From NCBI RefSeq assembly GCF_000150275.1, contig NW_002060953.1, positions 1,555,646-1,619,645 of the forward strand: 64,000 nucleotides of DNA, read 5' to 3'. Positions within the stretch are counted from its first letter, which is position 1. The number at the start of each line of letters is the position of its first letter. The translations under genes and the position numbers were made by a program. Below are positions 12,188-22,088 of the stretch, one piece after another. The notes below the pieces were generated by a model. It made no database searches, was not told where the DNA came from, and worked only from the letters and a program-made list of their open reading frames with translations. The DNA is from Trichoplax adhaerens (taxonomy: Eukaryota > Animalia > Placozoa).

Positions 12188-14989
12188 CTACAGTACATCA
12201 TTTTCAATAAACTCCGGGTTAGTTATGCCTTTCACGGCTAATGAGCTTGCCCTATTTGGAGTCTGAGGAGAAAGAATCTTACGTCCAATAGCTATGGGAG
12301 AACTTTGCATATAACTGTCAGTGGAGTTATACGGTAAAGGCGATCTTGCTGCAGGCTTGCTATTTCCAAAAGAAAAGTTAGCCACACTTACTACAGCTTG
12401 TTCTTGAGTATTTAACTCAGGCTGTAGGAATATTATATAAAATTTAGGTGCGAAAAGACAAATTAAAGGAACTAAACCAAATAAAAGGGTAGTTATGGAT
12501 CCAATAATCCTATGTAGAATCCCAGTTGTAGCTATAAATGCTGGTATTCCTGTCAAGGATACACAAAGAAGCATTAACGAAGACAAAAATATGAACTTTG
12601 CCTCACTAAAATTATCCGGTAATGATCGTGTGCGATACCCCATGAATAATGTAACTGGACATAAGATACCTATACTAATAGTAGCAATTAGAAAAATTGG
12701 CTCTCCTCCAACTCGACACATAACTTCCATAGCTTGCCCCGAGTTTGCCCCGGATACTTGCAGCTTAAGCAATTCTGCTGGCTTATAATAGTATACTCCT
12801 ATCATGAGGCCATTCAGTAGGAGTAAAATGAATATAATACTGATAACTTGGTATTTATTCCTAACTACTTTGGATCGAAAGGAATTATGATTGATGGAAT
12901 TTTTAAATATCAAGGAAATCTGGTTGGCTTTACATATGACAGTTAGCAGGATGCCACAATCGGTAGTACATACTAAGCAGACAGTTGCTAAACAAACTTC
13001 TTTACGAACTGGCAAGAAAAAAGTCAAAGAAGCTGGAAGAGATACTGAAATAAAGAATAAAACAAGACTTAGAAGAATAGAATTAGATGCTTTAATAATT
13101 GGAGTATTCCTTTTAAAAATAATGATAACCCAGCAGAATAGGAGGCATATAATAAAAATAGAGGCCACGATGTAATAGACGATAACGAATCCATGATTCC
13201 AACTAAATTGAACAATATCAAAATCAATGCACTGAGTTCTGTTAGCATTTGGCTTAGTAAAACTTTGACATGTTATACATTCAAATTGATTTGTTGTATT
13301 AGATATTGTCGGTGATAAGCATGGATGGCATGTCCAACAACATAAACGATTCAGAATATTTTGGCTGCGAACTTGGTAGAATCCAGGTTGGCAATCGATA
13401 GAACACCTAGATTGAGGTACTTCGAACCATGGTCTATTTCTATTCCAGACAATTTCCTCATCGTTTATTTTTAGACCTTCTTGATCATTCCAATAACCAA
13501 TGATAATAGGCTCAATACTAGTAGTACCGTTAATTATTCTTGGTTGGAGGTTAATAACGTTATAAGACAACTTACTACTACCATCGGATCGAAAACGAAA
13601 ATGTTGACCGGTAATTCCTTTGAAGGTAATATTACTTAGGATACGATTGTATGTTTCAGAGATTCTTTCAATCGTATGAATTGGAGGACAATACGTAGCA
13701 TTGCATCCTAGATATTCATGCAATGCATGGGCAAAAGCTAATGCAGCGTCCATTACAAATGCTGAAATATAACTAATAGAATAAAATGAATCCCTATAAA
13801 TACTTTTTAATTTTAATTCTAAAGTACAGTTGGCGATAATTTCATCAACGTTATAGTTTAAAGACTTCAACGTTTCTCGCCATACTTGCATAAACCAAGG
13901 ATTAGCCAAGTTGTTACAAAAATCGAGTTGATAAATATATTTTGCAAAGTCTATTAATGTATTGGCTTTCAAATCAATTCCAATTGCGCCTGCGATTACA
14001 TCAGCATTTATCTTACGAATTCGAGGGGAATTTATCCATCCGTACGAGCCAATGAATGTTCTACCTGTTAGTTGTTGCGCTTGAGCTTGCTGAAGAAGGT
14101 GATAAATAATAGATTCATCACCTACTAAGGAGATTACATGAGAAGTAGGCCGTATCTTTAAGTCGTGAATGACCTTTACTAGTTGATTTTGAGTATAATT
14201 ATCGTAAAGAGTAGCTATATTTCCAATACATATTTTTCGGCCGGAAATTCCAATACTCTGGAGCATCGGTAGAACAATATCGATCGTTTCACTACCGGCA
14301 ACCACCACTGAGCCCCAATTCCAATTAAACTTAGTGGCAATATCCATTAAAGCATCAACTTGAGCATGATGTGGAGGAGAAGTACGGTAGAAATAGGGAT
14401 AAAATTTTCGATTCGTTAAAAGTGAACTAAAAGAAAAATAACTAATTTGAGGGAGCCGGAGGCTACTTGTAAATGATGCAGTAGATAAAGTAACAAATTC
14501 CGACTTCTCTGCTAAAATTCCAAATGTTGGCGGATGATTAGTTTTATTGGCGTTAAGGCCATCCATAATGGTAATTTGTGTTTTATTTAAGTTGTCAATA
14601 TTAATTTCACATTCCAATTCCGGAAATTCTTCTGGTTCTGACAAGAAGACATTGGCTGTAAGAGCAGTAATAGCTAATTCTCGTGATGAGCAAGAATCCA
14701 TTAATGTCCAACCAACATGAATACCAGGCAGCAGATTTGGATTATCGTTAATCAATTTGTCAATAGCGTAAATCATGGCTTGAGTCAACTGTATATTGGT
14801 CATACTAAATTGACTACATAATCTAGTAGTTAGGTTGAAACGAAGCGAATTGGGAAATATACCTTGCAGCTGAACATGACCAGATTTTCGACTAATAATT
14901 TGATTTTTGCTAAACGTTAAACCATGGCAATCGAATAAATTAATTAGAAAAACGCAGAAGAATAGGAGTAACGTGTTGATTTTCAACAT
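12188..14989 (-). CDS. Class C GPCR, single exon, ~933 aa; paralog 2
   Basis: ORF-track start at 15148 is non-ATG; first ATG at 14989 gives a signal peptide (MLKINTLLLFFCVFLINLFDCHG). Same VFT/CRD/7TM motifs (LLPGIHVGWTLMDSC, CSIDCQPG, CCWTC, TPIIKASN, LPDNFSEAK, PKFYIIFLQPELN). Confidence 0.93.
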   Translation of the reverse strand: MLKINTLLLFFCVFLINLFDCHGLTFSKNQIISRKSGHVQLQGIFPNSLRFNLTTRLCSQFSMTNIQLTQAMIYAIDKLINDNPNLLPGIHVGWTLMDSCSSRELAITALTANVFLSEPEEFPELECEINIDNLNKTQITIMDGLNANKTNHPPTFGILAEKSEFVTLSTASFTSSLRLPQISYFSFSSLLTNRKFYPYFYRTSPPHHAQVDALMDIATKFNWNWGSVVVAGSETIDIVLPMLQSIGISGRKICIGNIATLYDNYTQNQLVKVIHDLKIRPTSHVISLVGDESIIYHLLQQAQAQQLTGRTFIGSYGWINSPRIRKINADVIAGAIGIDLKANTLIDFAKYIYQLDFCNNLANPWFMQVWRETLKSLNYNVDEIIANCTLELKLKSIYRDSFYSISYISAFVMDAALAFAHALHEYLGCNATYCPPIHTIERISETYNRILSNITFKGITGQHFRFRSDGSSKLSYNVINLQPRIINGTTSIEPIIIGYWNDQEGLKINDEEIVWNRNRPWFEVPQSRCSIDCQPGFYQVRSQNILNRLCCWTCHPCLSPTISNTTNQFECITCQSFTKPNANRTQCIDFDIVQFSWNHGFVIVYYIVASIFIICLLFCWVIIIFKRNTPIIKASNSILLSLVLFFISVSLPASLTFFLPVRKEVCLATVCLVCTTDCGILLTVICKANQISLIFKNSINHNSFRSKVVRNKYQVISIIFILLLLNGLMIGVYYYKPAELLKLQVSGANSGQAMEVMCRVGGEPIFLIATISIGILCPVTLFMGYRTRSLPDNFSEAKFIFLSSLMLLCVSLTGIPAFIATTGILHRIIGSITTLLFGLVPLICLFAPKFYIIFLQPELNTQEQAVVSVANFSFGNSKPAARSPLPYNSTDSYMQSSPIAIGRKILSPQTPNRASSLAVKGITNPEFIENDVL

Positions 14990-16575
14990 ATCTAAACATG
15001 AAAAAATCGACCTGAATTTAATAGAAAAGAACAGGCAAAGGTCTAATATTCCTTTCAAAGAAGTTTTATTGTTGACATAGTTTAATCTTGCAAGACATCC
15101 AGGATAACAATCTTGGCAACGATGGGTGTAAACATTAACGATTATCAACGAAATAATCTATCGTTACAGCAATTGTAGAGCAATTGAAAAAAATTTTTTC
15201 AATCGAAGTTAAATGGCGAACTTGTAGTTTTTATTAACGGAAAACAATTTTTTTCTGCGCATGACTTACTCAAACGTTATCGTCATGTTGAAGACTAGAT
15301 AACGTCATAATGGCAAAAGAGGGACAGTAGAATAAATATATGACGTCTATATAAGAAGATAAAAGCATCATATGGCTAACAAGACTGCTATTATAAATTT
15401 CATGGCCTATAATAATCGATAGTTCATAGTAATTATCCCTCACGTCCTGTTATTCTCCTCTATTGGTGGGACTTATTCGTCTAATCTAAAAACCTTTCGA
15501 TCGCGACTCTTGAACATATAACATGAACTATAAAATAAAGATTATCGGCATAGAATTAAAAATTATTCAAAAATTTAATCTGACAACAATGTGAGAAATT
15601 CTTATAAACAATACAAGTAAAATTGTATCTTTAAATTATTAACGTGAAATTGTTATTCTGCACTGATAGAGCATAACGCAAAAATAGTAACAGTTATGAA
15701 TCATAATTATACTCAACTGCACTTTTTTTACATAGATCGATTGTGCAGCCTTATAATAAATTATATATTGAATAATAGGAATNNNNNNNNNNNNNNNNNN
15801 NNNNNNNNNNNNNNNNNNNNNNNNNNNNNNNNNNNNNNNNNNNNNNNNNNNNNNNNNNNNNNNNNNNNNNNNNNNNNNNNNNNNNNNNNNNNNNNNNNNN
15901 NNNNNNNNNNNNNNNNNNNNNNNNNNNNNNNNNNNNNNNNNNNNNNNNNNNNNNNNNNNNNNNNNNNNNNNNNNNNNNNNNNNNNNNNNNNNNNNNNNNN
16001 NNNNNNNNNNNNNNNNNNNNNNNNNNNNNNNNNNNNNNNNNNNNNNNNNNNNNNNNNNNNNNNNNNNNNNNNNNNNNNNNNNNNNNNNNNNNNNNNNNNN
16101 NNNNNNNNNNNNNNNNNNNNNNNNNNNNNNNNNNNNNNNNNNNNNNNNNNNNNNNNNNNNNNNNNNNNNNNNNNNNNNNNNNNNNNNNNNNNNNNNNNNN
16201 NNNNNNNNNNNNNNNNNNNNNNNNNNNNNNNNNNNNNNNNNNNNNNNNNNNNNNNNNNNNNNNNNNNNNNNNNNNNNNNNNNNNNNNNNNNNNNNNNNNN
16301 NNNNNNNNNNNNNNNNNNNNNNNNNNNNNNNNNNNNNNNNNNNNNNNNNNNNNNNNNNNNNNNNNNNNNNNNNNNNNNNNNNNNNNNNNNNNNNNNNNNN
16401 NNNNNNNNNNNNNNNNNNNNNNNNNNNNNNNNNNNNNNNNNNNNNNNNNNNNNNNNNNNNNNNNNNNNNNNNNNNNNNNNNATATTTTCGGGATCGATAT
16501 CTTCAGTTCGTTGTACACAAAACGACTTCAAGCTTCATAAGTAAACTTAGAAAAGTAATGTATGCGTGAACTTAC

Positions 16576-19500
16576 CACGGGTTTCCAATTTAGCAATGTT
16601 TTTGCTTTAGTTATGTCAGGTTTTCGTTTTCGAGGATCATCTTGTGGCATTGGCTTATTTACTATAGGTACTTTACCGCCTGTGAGAGCATACACATGCA
16701 TGTAGAAGATAACGGTTTATAGATCGAATATCAACAAGCTACAAATTATTTTTCACGCTCTATAAGCTAATAGTATTTGAAAAATGGTATTATAATTTGA
16801 TAGCCAAGACATAAAACTGGTAAACTACTTTCTCAATAGACAACTTTTGACGGTAGTAGTAGCGAAACAAACCTACGAATTTTCTTACAAATTCAGCGAA
16901 ATCAGCAATTGTATGCTCTTCAGGATTACCCTTTCAAATTTTAATGATATATCCGCAGTAACTCAGTCGATAAGTATAAATAATATTTTACAATTGATAA
17001 AAAGATGGAACAAACAAGATTTCTCTTACCAGGTTAACAGGAGAAGAGACGTTGCTATTCATTAACGTGATCAGCCCTCTGACAAGGTCGCTGATATAAC
17101 CATATTAATGCGTTATAAAAGAATAAATGATTTTATTGTTTGTATTGCTACTTACAATTCCTTTTAAGTTTTTAACTATCAAAATATCATACCTAACATA
17201 TTGGAAAGATCTAGTTTGTTTACCATTTCCGTACACCTATAAGAATTTAAATAGTAAAATCTTATGAATACTGCAAACAGTACGCTACAGCATTAATACA
17301 AACCGTTAGCGGTTTCCCTTGCAGGGCTTGAATAATAAAATTGCTTACTACCCTACCTAAAGCACGATACCGAACAAATCAGTATAGTGCATCTATCAAT
17401 TTTATCGTATATGGAGAGTATTAAGAATATTTGTACTAACATACCATCATTTACGTGCATTCTTGGTCCATAGGTATTGAATATTCTCGCAACACGAACA
17501 GCAACATTTTCCTGCGTTGAATTGAAAAATATATCTTTAGGGCTATGAATTATTAGTTATATAACATTTAATCAGAAAGATATTTCACTTCTTTACCTGC
17601 TTTTTGTAAGCGTAGCATAACGTTTCTGCAATTCTTTTACCTTCATCATAACAAGCACGGGGTCCAATCGAATTTACATGACCCCAGTAACCTTCATGCT
17701 GAGGATGAATCTACAGAAATATTGATATTAATTACTTGGTACCTGCATTGTTAATAGCTGATATTACGCTAGTCTTGAGCTTTATAACGGTATACCTCAG
17801 GATCTAGATGATATAGCAATAATGCAACAGTGAAAATAGCAAACATCAACATTGAAGATAATTGGACGAAATTAAAATTTAGTTACGCGTATATCAGATA
17901 ATTGAGATACCTCCGTAGACTTCAGAGGTTGATGCTAATAGAAGTCTCGCTTTGACGCGTTTAGCTAAGCCTGATAAAATAAGAATTTATGAATACAGCT
18001 ACTCGTACCACCAACATTACAGTATAACCTATATAGATGTCGCTTTACCAAGCATGTTCATAGTTCCAATGGTGTTAGTTTTTATTGTCTTTTGTAGAAT
18101 AGAATGTAAAAGAGTTTAAAAAATTATGTGGTAAAGTACTAGTAAATTATCATAGAAATTTGATTGCGTAGGCAAATCTTCTAGGATATTAACTTAGCAG
18201 TAATTCAACTATACCAATTCGTTGTTATAAAACTATTTCGCCGGAGAAATATACTCACTTTAATTGGATTATACATATAATGCGGAGGAGAGGCAGGTGA
18301 AGCTAAGTGATATATTTGATCCACTGTAAAATCATGGATGTTTTTTTAGTAAATTTAATTTAAATTAGTTCAATGTAGATCATACTGCACCTTCAATTCG
18401 TAAGGGTTCCGTAATGTCATGATGTAGTAGTTCAAAGTTTTTATGACCAATCCTGTAGTGAATGGTTAGTAATGAGAATATCTATTTGCTAGGAAGATTG
18501 TATCAACGTGATTTGCAAAAATGATTATGTGTGGGGCCTTACCAATGGTCGACATTCACTTTTCGTCCAGTAAAAAAGTTGTCAGCTACTGTGACCTAAA
18601 GTAGAATGATGAATATCTATTATGTATATGCTATGAATGAATGATAGATATAAATTAATATACGCGTAATTTACGTACTTCGTGACCAGCAAGCATTAGC
18701 GCATCTGCAAGATGAGATCCAACAAATCCAGCACCACCAGTAATCTAGTTATGACATTTAAACAAATAATAAGTACGATTCTTGCAGCATTTCACTGTTG
18801 ATTACAAAAATATGTAATTAAGAGGTAACATCATCCATACGTAAGATAAACTTCACAGTTAAGACAGAAGTACCGCAAAAATTGGAATATGATGACTATC
18901 CTATAATATCACTAACCAAGATTCTCAAGCGTTGGCCTTCTATTAATGATTTCACAGGTGGGTAATTTTTTTGCCTATCATCAATTAACGAAATTGCCAA
19001 GTTAAAGGAATTATTAATGTAGCTCCATCATTTCTTTTGTATTCTATCTCTTCGAGTTGTGATTGTAAGTCACGATATCCCATTTTAAAAACTTCTATCA
19101 ACTCGTCTATAAATAAGACCTTACTTGTTTTCCAACTTCTCCACTCTCAGCTGAAGATCATCTAAAGACTATAGTTACATGTCATTACAAGGGGAATGGT
19201 TAGTCCTATCATAGTCACTGTACAATTTAAGCAAACTCTTAAAGGTGCATGATGCAATAGACGATTGATTCGTTTATCAGGTTATTGACCATTATTGATA
19301 TTGCTAGTCATGATTACGTTAGAAATTGATTGCTTATTCCATGGCCGATTGCTTGCTATTCTCGTCACTATACCTGTATATAATGCTTACTCCATTTATT
19401 CAAGATCTCGGTCTGATCTATTGTATTTGCCCTACAAAGTATCGGTTATACAAGTTGCCATAGAATTGGCAATGATGAAATGAAGTAGACTGAAAGGTTA

Positions 19501-19810
19501 ATCACGCCATTGGAGACACCATTGGCACTCTCTGCAGTTAGCAGGATAGCCGAATAGCAATTTATATCGCAACTTACATTATCCAACCTTTAGGTCCATG
19601 AATACCGCTAAGTGAAACTATTTATAACATGCACAACAGTACCAGGATTGAATAATTGAAGATGAAATGTCAATCATCACATCGCATAACTGAAATTACA
19701 ATACTGAATTGCTCACCTAAAATAACAAGGATGAAGAGGAAAAGAAAGAGATAACTTCTAGCATAGCGTACAAAAAAGGAAAGAGAAAAGAAATTTTTCA
19801 TTCGTGGCAT
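16576..19810 (-). CDS. UXS1: UDP-glucuronic acid decarboxylase 1 (UDP-xylose synthase), multi-exon; last coding exon probably lies in gap 15783-16481
   Basis: Manually spliced GT-AG exons with consistent phases: 19717-19810, 19578-19617, 19391-19431, 19125-19161, 18917-18974, 18679-18744, 18543-18595, 18391-18452, 18259-18323, 18049-18088, 17911-17970, 17796-17803, 17597-17710, 17445-17511, 17304-17356, 17193-17236, 17030-17090, 16873-16930, 16576-16679. Translation: type II anchor ([12 protein letters not shown]), then [88 protein letters not shown]. The first four exons (anchor and stem) are less certain. Confidence 0.95.
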
Positions 19811-20431
19811 TTTTGATTCTCCCAGCTGACTTATACGGCTATAACACAGTCGTTAACAGCATTAGCGATGGATTATTCAATATATTTGTTGAATAGATAT
19901 ACGCTATTTGTCGTATCATGCAATTATCATCTTGCACATCGAGTTAATTTACTATCGCCGGGATCGACATTTCGCTACTGGTTGGCCACTAGCTCAGCCT
20001 GGAATAGACCGTCAAGGCCACCCCTGGGTACAGTACCACAGTACAGCATAATGTACTGTACACTGTACACTGTACGTTACAGTACAAGTGGCAGGATTAC
20101 AGTGCAGTATTGTAGCGCGGACTGTAATACAATGATTAGTATTAGAATGGCGAAGACATTGATGGACTTTAGTACTGTACACTGTACAGTACTATGCAAT
20201 CTTTCCAGGATAGTAGACTAGTAGTAGTTTGACTTTCAATCAGGATTGACAATTGCAAGTCCATTTCCTCCTTTTTATTTTTGACTTGAATGTTCCTATT
20301 CAGGATCGAATTAGGAAAGGGTTACTAGAGGAATAGAAGGAAAGAATGATGATCAAATTTATTTGTAAACATGGAATCATGAGAACAGTTGGTCTAGCGT
20401 AACAGTGCTGAAAAAAATTGGTTATCAGTTC

Positions 20432-20560
20432 GGGGACTAAATGTTATCTATGCTTGAATACAATTATATCTAGAATCTTTTGTTCATAAATTGATCATCA
20501 ACTAGGGGACTGAATGTTATCAGTCATTGAATACAATGATATCTAGAACCTTTCGTTAAT
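20432..20560. repeat. Diverged tandem duplication, unit ~73 bp
   Basis: GGGGACT(A/G)AATGTTATC...TTGAATACAAT(T/G)ATATCTAGAA occurs at ~20432 and ~20505. Confidence 0.75.
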
Positions 20561-21317
20561 TCATATAACCTTCAAGGTGAAATATCTCGCCTCCTGAACA
20601 TGGCAGATCAGTGCAGCTAGTAACATTAATTTCGCGAGAATAGGATCCTGTGTTCTGTGCCAAGAGTCCAAGACCATTTCATTCATACTGTCCTTCCATG
20701 TTGCTGCAATACCAAGTTTAGTCCTTTCACTTACTGTACTATACTGTATAAGTGTATAGTACAACATCCAATGTCCAATGACCATATCAGAACAAGTGAT
20801 GGGTGCTGAGCATGATATTTGCCGTTACACTTTCCTATTTCTACCCCACACTTTATTTGCACCTTGGACGTTTGGATTTTTCCTTGTACCACGGAAAAAT
20901 CGACTAGATCATGGCTCTGTAGTGATTGCAATTTCACATGACCTACGCAATCTTTGCTAACATATTGACCTTACTAATACAATTCCTGCTCTACAACTAC
21001 ATTCTCATGTTAAAATATTGTCGCCCTTTCTTGTACTATCCGTGTACGTTTCAAGATATTATGGAATCAGTATTTTGTTGACTGTCTATGGCTATGAAGC
21101 TAAAAATTTCATATTTCTTGAGTTCGTCAACGCCATTCTAGCAGTGCTTAGCGTTATATTGTATTGGGAGATCTAAAAATTACACTACTTACGGTGCAGT
21201 AGAGTGCATGCTTGAATACCATCGCTTTGTATACTTTGTTACTGAATTAAATTCTTATCGTTGATCCTGTCCTAATGTACAATTGGAGTAGCTAAAACCA
21301 AAATGATAAGGACTTGC

Positions 21318-21447
21318 AGCAATGCGCGTTGATGTACATCTTCCAAAGCGGTGCGTTACCCCCTTTGTCCACTTGCATATAGAAAGCTTAACGAATTTTT
21401 AAGGGGTAATGCACTGCTTTGGAAGATGTATATCAACGCGCATTGCT
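21318..21447 (+). repeat. Inverted repeat: 45-bp arms around a 40-nt loop
   Basis: 21318-21362 pairs with 21403-21447; the three non-Watson-Crick positions are all G:T on the + strand. Confidence 0.9.
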
Positions 21448-22088
21448 ACATGGTAGACATTAGAAATATATCTATACATTTAGTTGGGGCACTTTTTTAA
21501 TCAAGACTGCAATTACTACACATATGCCATTAATGGTTAGTACCTGTTTTATGAGATACTGAGACAAGAACTGTTTTAATCACATCAACTTGCAATACAA
21601 TACATACCTGCATTAATGCGACAGAACAAATACAGTATAATGCGAATGTAATTTACGGCTTTTATAATTAAATATACTTTATAGATAGGCAATATTTTCC
21701 GCAAGTTGAGTTAATGATAATTAACTGATTGATACATACTGAGAATAACCATCATAATTTCGTAGAGACTATAAACTTATAGCGTTCAATATCAGTACAT
21801 CAATAAAATACTTTTTTAATAATCATAATAAACGGATGTTGTAGATTTCTTCATGCTGCGATCACATGAATAAACCATACTAACCATCATAAAATTCTAA
21901 ACTGCATTTTACACATACTGTATGTATTGCTAACCAATCCCACAGTAAGTAATATAACATTAAAGAAATTAATAAAATATTGCATTACTTATATAATAAC
22001 GGACAATATTACAGTTTGCGCTATTTCTATGATACTAAAATTCTGTCAGAAAGATCAGATGATAAAATAGTTTCCAGCTCTAACCAGC

